64,000 bases of DNA from Candidatus Poribacteria bacterium (GCA_012271015.1 JAAXHD010000056.1:10115-74114); one strand, 5' to 3'. Positions 45,892 to 56,258 are shown, counted from the first letter of the stretch. Numbers and translations are program-made. Notes: a model not told the origin generated them from the sequence alone.

Positions 45892-47835
45892 ATGGCTAAC
45901 AATGTTTTTCCACCAGCAGAAACTGCTTATCCGATTGGTGACGCTCACGTCAATAGTTTAGAAACATATCAAGCACAATACGCCGAATCGATTCAAGATC
46001 CGGAAGTATTTTGGGAAACGATCGCGGAACGATTGACGTGGTATCAGAAATGGCATACGATTCGAGATTACGATTTCGTTAACGGCGAGATTAAATGGTT
46101 CGACGGCGGCACGCTGAACGCTTGCTACAATTGCCTCGATCGACATATAGAAGCCGGTTACGGCGATGCAACCGCCATCATCTGGGAAGGGAATGACCCA
46201 TCCGAAGATAAAACCTTCAGCTACAGTGAACTCCTCGCCGAGGTCAAAAAGTTTGCCAATGTCCTGAAGGCACAAGGCGTTGAAAAAGGCGATCGCGTCT
46301 GTATCTACTTACAGATGGTTCCAGAATTGGCAATCGCGATGTTAGCGTGTGCGAGGATTGGTGCTGTTCACTCCATCGTCTTTGGAGCATTTTCAGCGGA
46401 ATCCCTCCGAGACAGGATTAACGATTCGGCTTGTAAACTACTGATAACACAAGACACCGCAATGCGTGGTCCCCGCAGCGATATACCGATGAAGGCAAAT
46501 GCTGATGCGGCAGTGGCGGAATGTCCATCTATTGAAAAGGTCGTTGTCGTGGCGCGCACTGGAAATGCAGTCGATTTTGATACTTCGCGAGATATATGGT
46601 GGCACGAAGCGATAGCGAACGCCGATACAGACTGTGAACCGGCAGTTATGAATGCGGAAGATCCGCTTTTCATCCTGTATACCTCCGGCTCAACCGGTAA
46701 ACCGAAAGGTGTTTTGCATACTACAGGTGGTTACCTCGTCTACACGTCTTACACACATCAACAGGTTTTTGACTACCATGCAGGCGATGTCTACTGGTGC
46801 ACAGCTGACATAGGCTGGATTACTGGACATTCTTACATTATCTACGGTCCACTTGCGAATCGTGCAATTAGCGTGATGTTTGAAGGTGTACCAAACTATC
46901 CGGACTTCGGACGTTTTTGGCAGGTCGTTGAGAAGCACAATATTAATATCTTCTACACTGCTCCGACAGCATTACGCGCCCTGATGAAAGAAGGGAATAC
47001 ATGGGTCGAAAAGTACGACAGATCCACGCTCAGACTTCTCGGTACGGTGGGTGAACCGATCAAAGAACCTGAGTGGCTGTGGTACTACAATATCGTCGGT
47101 GCCAACCGGTGCCCAATCGTGGATACATGGTGGCAAACCGAAACGGGTGGGATTCTGATGACCCCCCTGCCTGCCGCAACACCACTGAAACCCGGCTCGG
47201 CAACCTACCCGTTCTTCGGAATTGAACCGGTGATACTTGATGAAAGTGGGAACGAAGTGGAGGGGAATCCGGCCACTGGTTACCTCTGTATCAAAACGGC
47301 GTGGCCCGGCATCATGCGAACCGTTTACGGAGACCATGAACGGTTTTTGGACACCTATTTCCGCCGATTCCCCGGCTACTATATGACGGGCGATGGGGTC
47401 CTACGGGACGAAGACGGATATTATTGGATTACAGGACGCGTGGACGATGTTCTGAACGTCTCCGGACACCGATTGGGCACAGCAGAGGTTGAAGGGGCAA
47501 TCGGTCAACACGAGTCAGTGGCAGAAGCCGCAGTCGTCGGTTATCCACACGACATCAAGGGACAAGGCATCTACGCGTATGTTACGCTCATGACGGGTGA
47601 ATCTGCGTCTGATACCGTAGAAACAGGCATCAAACAGGCAGTCCGACAACAAATCGGACCTATCGCTACGCCTGACAAGATTCAGTTTACTCCTGCACTG
47701 CCGAAGACAAGATCTGGCAAGATCATGCGGCGTATTCTCCGCAAAATCGCGGAAGGCGACATCTCTGACCTCGGTGATACCTCTACGCTCGCCGATCCAA
47801 CAGTGGTTGACTCTTTGGTTGAAGGAAGACGATAG
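45892..47835 (+). CDS. acs: Acetyl-CoA synthetase
   Basis: [28 protein letters not shown], and [17 protein letters not shown]. Confidence 0.95.
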   Translation: MANNVFPPAETAYPIGDAHVNSLETYQAQYAESIQDPEVFWETIAERLTWYQKWHTIRDYDFVNGEIKWFDGGTLNACYNCLDRHIEAGYGDATAIIWEGNDPSEDKTFSYSELLAEVKKFANVLKAQGVEKGDRVCIYLQMVPELAIAMLACARIGAVHSIVFGAFSAESLRDRINDSACKLLITQDTAMRGPRSDIPMKANADAAVAECPSIEKVVVVARTGNAVDFDTSRDIWWHEAIANADTDCEPAVMNAEDPLFILYTSGSTGKPKGVLHTTGGYLVYTSYTHQQVFDYHAGDVYWCTADIGWITGHSYIIYGPLANRAISVMFEGVPNYPDFGRFWQVVEKHNINIFYTAPTALRALMKEGNTWVEKYDRSTLRLLGTVGEPIKEPEWLWYYNIVGANRCPIVDTWWQTETGGILMTPLPAATPLKPGSATYPFFGIEPVILDESGNEVEGNPATGYLCIKTAWPGIMRTVYGDHERFLDTYFRRFPGYYMTGDGVLRDEDGYYWITGRVDDVLNVSGHRLGTAEVEGAIGQHESVAEAAVVGYPHDIKGQGIYAYVTLMTGESASDTVETGIKQAVRQQIGPIATPDKIQFTPALPKTRSGKIMRRILRKIAEGDISDLGDTSTLADPTVVDSLVEGRR

Positions 47836-47850
47836 AAATTACAATCGTCC

Positions 47851-47944
47851 GGGCAGGCACAATGTCCGCCCATAGTTTAATTATTTTTCCCACAAGAATA
47901 GGACAGGACTTACGCAAAATTGAGTAATGTGCGGGCAGGCACAA
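47851..47944 (+). repeat. Two copies of GGGCAGGCACAA (REP-like, first one in a short hairpin)
   Basis: Copies at 47851-47862 and 47933-47944. The first forms GGGC(A)GG-CACAATGT-CCGCCC, just after the acs stop. Confidence 0.4.
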
Positions 47945-48060
47945 GACCGGTTTCCCCTACACGGGTTTTCTGGAATAGAATTACCGAAATATTTTATTAA
48001 ACTTCATGAAACCGCACCTACCAGCGAAGTGTGTAAGTCCCATAGGATTAGGAGCAGACC

Positions 48061-48555
48061 TTGGCATCAGCACAAATGATAGTAAATGAATTAAAGAAAC
48101 AGGAGATCACCCACGCTGTTGGCGTTCCAGATAACGGCAGTGCCCGAATTTATGAACTCCTACGATCAGAGCCTGGTATCGAAGTCATTACGGTCACTCG
48201 CGAAGGAGAAGCATTTGCCATTGCGTCAGGGTTGTACGTTGGCGACCAAAAGCCAGTGATCATTATCCAAAACACGGGGTTCTTGGAATCAGGCGATGCG
48301 ATCCGAGGCACCGTCGTCAATATGAAGGTTCCAGTCGTGGTATTTATTGGATATCGGGGTTACCACAACCGGGATAGAGATGGACAGTGGATCGATTCTG
48401 TAGCGACTTTCCTTGAACCGACGCTAAAAGCATGGAATCTCCCTTACGAGATGCTCGAAACAGATTCGGATGTTCCCTGCATCGCAAGAGCCTTTGAACA
48501 GGCGGCAGAGACTTCACTACCATCAGCGGTGCTCTTAATCGGGCATTCTACATAG
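48061..48555 (+). CDS. Sulfopyruvate/phosphonopyruvate decarboxylase alpha-subunit-like (TPP enzyme N-terminal Pyr domain only)
   Basis: ITHAVGVPDNGSARIYELL...REGEAFAIASGLYVGDQKPVIIIQNTGFLESGDAI...PVVVFIGYRGY. TTG start with AGGAG 6 nt upstream. Confidence 0.6.
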   Translation: MASAQMIVNELKKQEITHAVGVPDNGSARIYELLRSEPGIEVITVTREGEAFAIASGLYVGDQKPVIIIQNTGFLESGDAIRGTVVNMKVPVVVFIGYRGYHNRDRDGQWIDSVATFLEPTLKAWNLPYEMLETDSDVPCIARAFEQAAETSLPSAVLLIGHST

Positions 48556-48763
48556 AATCCTTTCCTACATTTGAATCTCATGGATCAAGAAGAGGATTAT
48601 TTTCCAGAAGTTTACAGGGTCCTTTTCCCGTCATTGAGAGTATTTCGCGCGAATTTTTACGTGAAATGATGACGCGATTGCCGTGTCGCGCTCTTTTTTT
48701 CGGTAAAATCCTTGTTTTTTCGGATTTTTTGGCGTAATTACGCTTTTTTATTAAACATTTTAC

Positions 48764-48793
48764 TTGACAAATCGTTTTAACATAATGTATCAT
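48764..48793 (+). promoter_or_regulatory. Sigma70-like promoter, TTGACA-18-TATCAT, upstream of the sigma factor gene
   Basis: TTGACA at 48764-48769 and TATCAT at 48788-48793, 57 nt before ATG 48850 (SD AAGGAGAGGAG). Confidence 0.5.
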
Positions 48794-48849
48794 TAATTTT
48801 TGTTTTATCAAAATTCTATAGAGTATCCTATAGTAAGGAGAGGAGAAAG

Positions 48850-50112
48850 ATGGAAGCCGAGTTTTTCGGTGAAACAGCAAGTATTGAAAGTGTTGATCCA
48901 TACATGGATGCAACATATCCACCAGATGAAACAGAACCCTCGGAAAGTTATAAAGGTAGCGATCAGAGCGCTTTAACAAGTTGGCTTCGGAGCGTAGCAG
49001 GTCACCGTCTGTTAACCCGCGAGGAAGAAGTTCAATTAGCGAAACGGATTGAAACTGCAGAGGCTAAAGCATTAGACGGACTCTTAGATGCCTTAGTGGA
49101 AGTAAACCTACTGTCTCGCGAGAAGAAAGAACAACTTGAAACTGCAGAGGCTAAAGCATTAGACGGACTCTTAGATGCCTTAGTGGAAGTAAACCTATTG
49201 CCTCGCGAGAAGAAAGAACAACTGGCAGAACAACTTGAAACTGGCAGGAGCGAAGCAAGAAAAGCACTGGTAAGCGAACTACAAGACGCACTGGTGAAAG
49301 GTGACTCATTATCTGACGAACAAAAAGAGAAACTGACGAAACGGATTGGAGCAGCAGAGAACGAAGCACGTAGTGCACGAGATGAACTTGTCCAAGCGAA
49401 TTTACGGCTCGTTATTTCTATCGCAGTTAAATACCAGGGTCACAACGTTCCACTCGAAGATTTGATTCAAGAAGGAAACATCGGACTGATTAAAGCGGCA
49501 AGCAAGTTTGACTATCAGAAGGGTTTTAAATTCAGCACGTACGCGATCTGGTGGATTAAACAAGCAATTATGCGTACGCTTGACAATTTTTCCCGTTCCA
49601 TTCGATTACCTTCCTATGTAGTTGCAAAAATGAATAAGTTCGACGCCGTCTACGCAACACTATGTCAAGAACTACAGCGTGAACCGCGGCGCGACGAAAT
49701 AGCAGACGCTTTAGACTTGACAGTGAAACAGGTCGAAGAAATTTTAACGTTTAACGCTGATACTATCTCAATGGATTTACCACTTAGCGACGAACGTTCT
49801 GCTGCAACGTTAGGCGACTTAATCGAAGATCCAACAACGAGTGGAGAAGACGGTCCGATCGCAGAAATGATTAATAAGGATCTGACCGCTCAATTGCTCA
49901 AATCTGGATTGTCAGAGCGAGAACAAAGAGTCTTGAAGATGCGCTTCGGACTTGAGGACGGAGAACGGAAAACACTCCGAGAAATCGGGGTCGCCTTGAA
50001 AATCACACGAGAACGAGTTCGTCAACTCGAAATAGAGGCAATCAACCGATTGAAGGGCAGGTATGACGAGATGGGCGAATCTCGGTCGAATTCTCAATAT
50101 CGAGCCGCATAA
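48850..50112 (+). CDS. rpoD: RpoD-like primary-type sigma-70 factor
   Basis: Region 2 (NLRLVISIAVKYQGHNVPLEDLIQEGNIGLIKAASKFDYQKGFKFSTYAIWWIKQAI), region 3, and region 4 (TLREIGVALKITRERVRQLE). Confidence 0.85.
   Translation: MEAEFFGETASIESVDPYMDATYPPDETEPSESYKGSDQSALTSWLRSVAGHRLLTREEEVQLAKRIETAEAKALDGLLDALVEVNLLSREKKEQLETAEAKALDGLLDALVEVNLLPREKKEQLAEQLETGRSEARKALVSELQDALVKGDSLSDEQKEKLTKRIGAAENEARSARDELVQANLRLVISIAVKYQGHNVPLEDLIQEGNIGLIKAASKFDYQKGFKFSTYAIWWIKQAIMRTLDNFSRSIRLPSYVVAKMNKFDAVYATLCQELQREPRRDEIADALDLTVKQVEEILTFNADTISMDLPLSDERSAATLGDLIEDPTTSGEDGPIAEMINKDLTAQLLKSGLSEREQRVLKMRFGLEDGERKTLREIGVALKITRERVRQLEIEAINRLKGRYDEMGESRSNSQYRAA
49051..49224 (+). repeat. Tandem 2 x 87-bp in-frame duplication (3 mismatches) inside the sigma factor N-terminal region
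   Basis: Unit 1 at 49051-49137 and unit 2 at 49138-49224. Each encodes ETAEAKALDGLLDALVEVNLL(S/P)REKKEQL. Confidence 0.9.
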
Positions 50113-50133
50113 CACCACTCATGGAAGGCAACT

Positions 50134-50748
50134 ATGAAGAATTTCTTGAAGAAGTTCAAGGGCACTGAAACTCCTTTGCTTACAGTCACAGAAGCCGCAC
50201 AAGAGAAGATTCAGACAGTGATAGAAACCGAAGAGGTTGAAGTTGAAGGACTACGCATTAGTATCCAAGGCAGAACTGCCACCGCTTTCCAATACAGCCT
50301 CGGTTTAGCTACTGAAGCACAAGAGGATGACCTTATTGTTGAATGTGAGAATTTTAATGTACTTGTCGACGCAGAAAGCGCACCTGATCTTCAAGGTACT
50401 GTGATTGACTACGTCGATGACCTGAATTCGAGCGGGTTTAATATTGAAAACCCAAACACACCAACATGGAACAATCCAAAAGCACAAGAGGTTCAGAAGC
50501 TTATTGATGAACGGATTAATCCGGCGGTTGCAGCACATGGTGGTCAGATAGAACTCCTGAACGTTGAGGACGACGCTGTATACATTCATATGGGGGGCGG
50601 TTGTCAAGGCTGTGGCATGGCAAATGTTACCCTCAAACACGGTATTGAGGCGATGATTCAAGAGGTCTTTCCTGAGATTAAGCACGTGATTGACACGACG
50701 GATCACGATGCCGGAGACAACCCATACTATTCCCCAAGTAAGGGGTAA
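50134..50748 (+). CDS. nfuA: NfuA-type Fe-S cluster carrier (degenerate A-type domain + Nfu domain)
   Basis: N-terminal HesB/IscA-like fold lacking Cys (GLRISIQG...VIDYVDDLNSSGFNIENPN). The C-terminal Nfu domain has GGGCQGCGMANVTLKHGIE. Confidence 0.8.
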   Translation: MKNFLKKFKGTETPLLTVTEAAQEKIQTVIETEEVEVEGLRISIQGRTATAFQYSLGLATEAQEDDLIVECENFNVLVDAESAPDLQGTVIDYVDDLNSSGFNIENPNTPTWNNPKAQEVQKLIDERINPAVAAHGGQIELLNVEDDAVYIHMGGGCQGCGMANVTLKHGIEAMIQEVFPEIKHVIDTTDHDAGDNPYYSPSKG

Positions 50749-50756
50749 TACCAATA

Positions 50757-50791
50757 ACGGGCGGATGTCACCATCCGCCCGTTTCTATTTT
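50757..50791. terminator. Bidirectional intrinsic terminator between the convergent nfuA and RFAP-synthase-like genes
   Basis: Perfect 11-bp stem ACGGGCGGATG-TCAC-CATCCGCCCGT, followed by TTCTATTTT on the plus strand. Confidence 0.75.
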
Positions 50792-51759
50792 CAACCCGAC
50801 ACAACTTCTGCTCCCACGTCGTTTGCCTGCGTAACAAAACAGGAACCGCCATCCGGGAGCGTTTTTAAGAATGCCTCAGTGTCCTGTCTTAACCGCTCAA
50901 TATCCGCGCCCACCACGCAAATTGCCGATCCCCAACTGCTAACACCTGCCCCGAAAGCCCCACTGTCGCGTAGGAAGTCAAGTGTCAATTGGAGCTCGGC
51001 ACCCTGTGCGTCAATCTCCACTCTTTTCCACCCAAATGTTTGAATTTGATTTAAGGCTTTGCCGAAGGCAGGCATATCCCCTTCAATCAGAGCAGGTAGT
51101 ATCTGCATCAATAGGATATGTGAAAGCTTCTGGGCAACCCATTCGGGTTGTGGACAGAGCGTCTTAAACAACTCAATTTCTTTATCACCATAAATCCGTG
51201 AACAATTCGGCATGACAATCAGCAACGGCACCTCTGGAAACGAGTAACGGAGTAAAACCGGAGGCGGCGAAATATCCCCAACTGCAGAAGAAGGCAGAAA
51301 TGATGACTTCTGCTCAGGGAAACGATGTCCGCCATCGACAATGAACCCGCCAGTCCTGAATGCCGCAATCCCAATGCCTGAAGTACCACCGCGCCCAACA
51401 ACCCTTGCCAGTTCTTCTACATCTAACCCAAGTTCGTATAGTACATTGACTGCCTGCGCAACACCAAGAGAAAGTTGCGTTCCAGATCCGAATCCGCAAT
51501 GCATTGGGATTTCGGATTGAAATGTTAATCTAATGCCGGGGAAAGGATAGGTTTTTTGAAGTCGCTCAAGGATTGTAGCCGCCCGATCGCGATATACAGA
51601 AGATGGTAGATGAATACCGGTTGCCTGCTCAGCAACAATTTGAAAATTAGGATCAGCAATTGCGAGACCGAACCCTCCATCAATCCGTCCCAATGCACCG
51701 TTCAAATCAAGCAGAGAAAAGTGTAAGCGGGATGGAGTGGTAATTTTGACATGGTGCAT
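50791..51759 (-). CDS. Beta-ribofuranosylaminobenzene 5'-phosphate synthase-like GHMP-kinase-fold protein
   Basis: ITTPSRLHFSLLDLNGALGRIDGGFGLAIADP and GFGSGTQLSLGVAQAV...GRGGTSGIGIAAFRTGGFIVDGGH. Confidence 0.65.
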   Translation of the reverse strand: MHHVKITTPSRLHFSLLDLNGALGRIDGGFGLAIADPNFQIVAEQATGIHLPSSVYRDRAATILERLQKTYPFPGIRLTFQSEIPMHCGFGSGTQLSLGVAQAVNVLYELGLDVEELARVVGRGGTSGIGIAAFRTGGFIVDGGHRFPEQKSSFLPSSAVGDISPPPVLLRYSFPEVPLLIVMPNCSRIYGDKEIELFKTLCPQPEWVAQKLSHILLMQILPALIEGDMPAFGKALNQIQTFGWKRVEIDAQGAELQLTLDFLRDSGAFGAGVSSWGSAICVVGADIERLRQDTEAFLKTLPDGGSCFVTQANDVGAEVVSG

Positions 51760-51776
51760 AGCGGACTTTCCGTAGA

Positions 51777-52481
51777 TTAACCAGTATCACCGCCATTCTG
51801 CCCATTCTGCCTGACATCCCGTTCGATTAAACCGTCCCGAATATGCAACACACGTTTGGCATGTTCAGCGACTTCAGGTTCGTGTGTCACCATAATGATG
51901 GTGTTTCCTTCATCATTCAAGCGGTTGAAAATCGCCATAATTTCGTCCCCAGAACGGGTATCCAGGTTACCTGTCGGCTCATCAGCAAAAATCATTGAAG
52001 GTCTATTAACCAAAGCACGCGCAATCGCTACACGCTGAATTTGTCCACCAGACAACTCGGTCGACTTGTGATCGACTCGGTCTGCTAACCCCACTGCTTC
52101 TAAGGATTCAAAGGCGCGCCGTTTGCGTTCCTTCCTGCCCAAACCGGAGTAAATAAGCGGTAATTCAACATTGTTAAGTGCGCTGGTTCGCGGCAACAGG
52201 TTAAACGACTGAAACACAAAACCGATCTTTTTATTCCGAATGTCAGCCAAACGATTATCGGACAACTTCCCAACCTCTTCACCCTCAAGAAAATACTGTC
52301 CGGATGTCGGCGTTGCAAGACACCCCAGGATATCCATCATGGTTGATTTGCCTGAACCAGATGGTCCCATGATCGCAATAAATTCGCCTTGTGTTATCTC
52401 GAAGGACACACCCCGTAAAGCATGTACCTGCACATCGCCCATCTGATAGACTTTTGTCAAATCTCTCACATCTATTAACAC
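51777..52481 (-). CDS. ABC transporter ATP-binding protein (MacB/LolD-type)
   Basis: Walker [10 protein letters not shown], signature [15 protein letters not shown], Walker [13 protein letters not shown]. Confidence 0.9.
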   Translation of the reverse strand: MLIDVRDLTKVYQMGDVQVHALRGVSFEITQGEFIAIMGPSGSGKSTMMDILGCLATPTSGQYFLEGEEVGKLSDNRLADIRNKKIGFVFQSFNLLPRTSALNNVELPLIYSGLGRKERKRRAFESLEAVGLADRVDHKSTELSGGQIQRVAIARALVNRPSMIFADEPTGNLDTRSGDEIMAIFNRLNDEGNTIIMVTHEPEVAEHAKRVLHIRDGLIERDVRQNGQNGGDTG

Positions 52482-52558
52482 AGCGTTTCCTCCTTAACCT
52501 TGATCTTATGAAGGTAAAGCAATAAACGAAAAATACAATTTAGCACGTTTAGGTTGAC

Positions 52559-54532
52559 CTATTTCTCTTCCCTTTCCTCTGACTCTTCTTGTCCCTTTGT
52601 GAGTTCTTGCATAGAAGGCACAAAAACGCGGTCCCCTTCCTTCAAACCACCAGTGATTTGAAAGTGGGTGTTATTACGCTGTCCGATTGTAATGTGGGTT
52701 TTAACCCCTTTTTGCTCTTTGCCATTTTTACTGGATTCACCTGTATCTAACATAACAAAATACTGCCGCTCGCTACTCACTGTGGCTTCTATATTGGGAA
52801 GCACATTTCCTTCGGAGATAACAATTGATATCTCTATCGGGCCGTTTTTCAAGCCTTTCTGCTCCTCTTCAACTAATATTTCAAGATTACCGCGGGTTTC
52901 CTCTGGGGCAATCTTGCCGACCCGTCCATCGAACTCCTTTCCGATCAAACTTCGGATTTTGAGTTCCTGACCGCTCTGAAATTGCGAAAGATCCGCTGAA
53001 TTTACCTTCGCTTTAACAGTGAAAACTTTAGGACTCAGCACAGTGGGTATTGGAAGTTGAAGGATATCGGATTCTTCAAACACAATGATGTCAACATCGG
53101 CAGACATACCGGGCAGTAGTTCTGGTGGTGAACCGATGACCTCTACATCTACCTCAAAGGTAATCACAGAACTCTGGTTCTGCGGACCGCGTGGTGTCGC
53201 ACTCGGTGAAATCTCGCTGACTCTCCCCGGAAAGACCCGTCCGGGATAGCTATCAACGCTGATTTCGGCGCGTTGGTCTTGCTTGATTTTTCCGATCTCC
53301 ACCTGATTTATCTGGGTCCTCACAATCATCTGATCGAGGTCAGCGATACGCATAATCGCATCACCACGTGAAAAAGCAGAGCGTCCCGAGGTGATAATCT
53401 CACCCTCCTCGACAGTGATACGCGTAATCGTGCCAGACATAGGTGCTATGACTGTCGTCCATTCGTAGCGTTCCTGTTGAGAGTCGAGTTGGCTTTGGGC
53501 TTGGAGCAAACTCGCTTCCGCACCGACCTTCGCATGACGGGTGAGTTCTTTTTCTTCTTCAGTCGTTTCTTCTAACTGTTGAAGCCGCGTGCGAGCATTC
53601 TCCATTTCCGCTTCCAATTGCTTTTTCCGTCCTTCTTCCGATTCTTTAAGGGTCAGAACATTCTTTTTGTTCAGTTCAAGCGTTGATTCACGACTCTGAA
53701 TCGCTTCTTTCCGGACATTAATATTTTCTTCTTGGGACTTAATGGTTTCCTGTTGGGACTCGACCTCTTTCTGTGCGTTTTCATATTGCGACTTCGCCCC
53801 AGCGAGTTGATTTTGTGATTCCTCTAATGTCCGTTTTGAAACTAATTTTTTATCAAATAACTCTTTATTTCGCTTGTACTCGGACTCCGCAGTTTGGAGT
53901 GACACCTTTGTGGATTCAACACCCGTTTTTGCCCGATCAAGCATTAGTTTTGCTTGTGCCAAAGCGATCTCAGCCTGCTTTAAGCCAATTTGATCACGAT
54001 TGAGGTCAATCTGCGTAGTCGCCACCTGTGTTTCCGCTTCTGTAATTCGTTGCTGTGTCGTTGCCACAAATGAATCTAAAGTTGCCTGTGCCATAGCGAC
54101 AGAATTGCGTGCTTGGACAAGACCACTCACTTGCTGTTTTTCAGTAATCTGGATTTGGAGTTCCGCCTGTTGGAGTTGGGCTTTTCGAGCATCGCGATTA
54201 GCTTCCGCCTGTCTCCTTTGTTCTAAAATCTCATCATCATCAATTCTAAGCAAAGAGTCTCCCAATTCGACCTTGTGCCCCTCATCGACGAAAATCTCAA
54301 CTATCTCGCCCTCCACGTTTGAACGGACATCCACCTCAAGAAAGGAACGTAGATTGCCAGACTCACGTACCCGAACGATAAATTCGCCGCGGCGTACAAT
54401 CTCCTGCTTATCCTCGGTTTCCTTCTTGTTTTGACCGAAACTGAAGTCCATCCGAGTAGCACCAATTGCTCCAACAGCGATCACAACCAAGGCAACTACT
54501 CCGATGATAATCCACTTTTTTTGAATTTTCAT
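52559..54532 (-). CDS. HlyD/MacA-family periplasmic adaptor, unusually long (657 aa)
   Basis: N-terminal TM helix and lipoyl-like half-motifs (GEIVEIFVDEGHKVELGDSLLRID ... GTITRITVEEGEIITSG). A coiled coil of about 270 aa, plus extra C-terminal beta-rich domains. Confidence 0.8.
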   Translation of the reverse strand: MKIQKKWIIIGVVALVVIAVGAIGATRMDFSFGQNKKETEDKQEIVRRGEFIVRVRESGNLRSFLEVDVRSNVEGEIVEIFVDEGHKVELGDSLLRIDDDEILEQRRQAEANRDARKAQLQQAELQIQITEKQQVSGLVQARNSVAMAQATLDSFVATTQQRITEAETQVATTQIDLNRDQIGLKQAEIALAQAKLMLDRAKTGVESTKVSLQTAESEYKRNKELFDKKLVSKRTLEESQNQLAGAKSQYENAQKEVESQQETIKSQEENINVRKEAIQSRESTLELNKKNVLTLKESEEGRKKQLEAEMENARTRLQQLEETTEEEKELTRHAKVGAEASLLQAQSQLDSQQERYEWTTVIAPMSGTITRITVEEGEIITSGRSAFSRGDAIMRIADLDQMIVRTQINQVEIGKIKQDQRAEISVDSYPGRVFPGRVSEISPSATPRGPQNQSSVITFEVDVEVIGSPPELLPGMSADVDIIVFEESDILQLPIPTVLSPKVFTVKAKVNSADLSQFQSGQELKIRSLIGKEFDGRVGKIAPEETRGNLEILVEEEQKGLKNGPIEISIVISEGNVLPNIEATVSSERQYFVMLDTGESSKNGKEQKGVKTHITIGQRNNTHFQITGGLKEGDRVFVPSMQELTKGQEESEEREEK

Positions 54533-54534
54533 GG

Positions 54535-55932
54535 CTACTGTAACACTCCCATTGCATCTTGTAAACGGGTTTGCGCTATTTTGTAATCGTAGAACGTATT
54601 CACCTCATCCGTCAATGCTTGCGCGTAACTCGTCTGTGCATCAAGGAGTTCAAGCAAAATTGCTTTGTCAACATCAAAACGTCCTTGAATGACCTCCAAA
54701 CTGAGCCGAGCATTGGTAACGATAGTTTTGGCGATATCGACAGCGGCTTCACTGCGCTTGAGGTTTAGATACGCTTGCCGGACATCTAAGGCGACGGAAC
54801 GTTCCAAATCACTTGCGTTTTCACGAGCCTGTTCTAATTGCATCCCTAATTCTTTGACGCGATTTCCCAAAATACCACCGTCAAAAAGCGTGAAATTTAG
54901 TGATACTCCGAGACTCCAACTTCGGAAGTCAGAGAAATTCTCACGCTCACGCAGGTAATCGTCAAGATTGACGTTATAGTCGGCATCGGCATTCAGGCGG
55001 GGCCAACGTTGCAGTTTCGCGAGCGTCAACGACCATTCCTGTGATTTTAATTGCGCTTGCGTCTCCTTAAATTCTGGACGATTGTCGAGGGCAATTTGGA
55101 TGGCTTCCTCAACTGGTATTTGTATTCTTTCAATAGTCCCGCGTTGCTGATATAACTGAAACGCTTCATCCGCCGAAACAGTAATTAAAACACCCGGGTC
55201 CAAACCAAGAAGCCGTGGTAAGCGTGCTTTTGCAACTTGAAGTGAATTTTGGTTATTTAGTAGCGTTAATCTTCTATTGCCCTCCTGTACCTCTGCGGTC
55301 GCTACATCTGCTGGAATGAGTGAACCTGCCTCCACGAAATCCTTAGTTCGCTGGGTGTTGTCCTGTGCTCTCGCCAAATTCTGTTCGCTCACTTCGACAA
55401 GTGCTTGAAATTGGAGAACATCATAGTAGGCTTCTGTGATTTGCAAAATTACATTCTGTTTAATTCCTTCATTGCGACTCTCAGTGGCACTCAGTGATTC
55501 TTTCGCCTGTGCGAAACCGCCCTCGCGTTGACCATTGTCCCAAATTGTATATTGACCGCGCAGTCCCAAATCGTAGTTTTCAGGTTCAAAGCCGAAATCA
55601 ATTTGGTCAGAAAAATCGTAAACACCGGTTGAAAAAATTCGTGGAAAATAGTCAGCACGCGCAGTTTTTACCCGAAGTTCCTGTATCGCAAGATTCAAAC
55701 GCGCATTGCGCATACTCGTCGATTTTTCCAAGCCCATTTGAATACATTGCTCAAGTGTCAAAGGTTGGTTTAAATCAACTTCGGTGGCAGATTCCTGTGC
55801 GCCGACACAAAAAACGACTGCGAATTGAACAGTAAGGATGAATTTTAAGAGCAAATTTTGGAAACCCGCACGGCGCGCTCCTTTACACTTTGACAAAACA
55901 GTGAACATAACTTTCCCGTGAAACATTAACAT
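54535..55932 (-). CDS. TolC-like outer membrane efflux protein
   Basis: Two OEP repeats (LTLEQCIQMGLEKSTSMRNARLNLAIQELRVKTARADYFP...; ...AQTRLQDAMGVL). The start may be ATG 55908. Confidence 0.8.
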   Translation of the reverse strand: MLMFHGKVMFTVLSKCKGARRAGFQNLLLKFILTVQFAVVFCVGAQESATEVDLNQPLTLEQCIQMGLEKSTSMRNARLNLAIQELRVKTARADYFPRIFSTGVYDFSDQIDFGFEPENYDLGLRGQYTIWDNGQREGGFAQAKESLSATESRNEGIKQNVILQITEAYYDVLQFQALVEVSEQNLARAQDNTQRTKDFVEAGSLIPADVATAEVQEGNRRLTLLNNQNSLQVAKARLPRLLGLDPGVLITVSADEAFQLYQQRGTIERIQIPVEEAIQIALDNRPEFKETQAQLKSQEWSLTLAKLQRWPRLNADADYNVNLDDYLRERENFSDFRSWSLGVSLNFTLFDGGILGNRVKELGMQLEQARENASDLERSVALDVRQAYLNLKRSEAAVDIAKTIVTNARLSLEVIQGRFDVDKAILLELLDAQTSYAQALTDEVNTFYDYKIAQTRLQDAMGVLQ

Positions 55933-56229
55933 CTCCTTGTCCGTTCCAACATTTATAGGCGCGCTTCTTGGCGGACGCCTGGTGTCGGTTTTACACTACT
56001 ATTATAAATCGTGGTATCATTGTGAGTCTCTCTAATTTTTCTAATGCGCCTACTGCTAACCTTGTGAGCCGAATACCCAACAGCAGCCCCTCATACATGA
56101 CAGACTCTGAAATTTTAACAGTTAAGCTTTAACTTTCAAGGCACGCCAAAAAGATTTATTTTTTAACATTTTGACGCAGTTTCTTGATAAAAGTTTAGAC
56201 ATTTTAACACCTAAAGAGGTTCTTTTTTC

Positions 56230-56258
56230 TTGCAATCTCCCAGAATTTCTGTTAAACT
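56230..56258 (+). promoter_or_regulatory. Sigma70-like promoter, TTGCAA-17-TAAACT
   Basis: TTGCAA at 56230-56235 and TAAACT at 56253-56258, 44 nt upstream of ATG 56302. Confidence 0.4.

Noticed and set aside
48578-48979. 133-aa minus-strand ORF across the sigma-factor promoter and start
   Set aside because: It overlaps the 5' end of the sigma gene antisense and covers an A/T-rich promoter region. Its translation is low-complexity.
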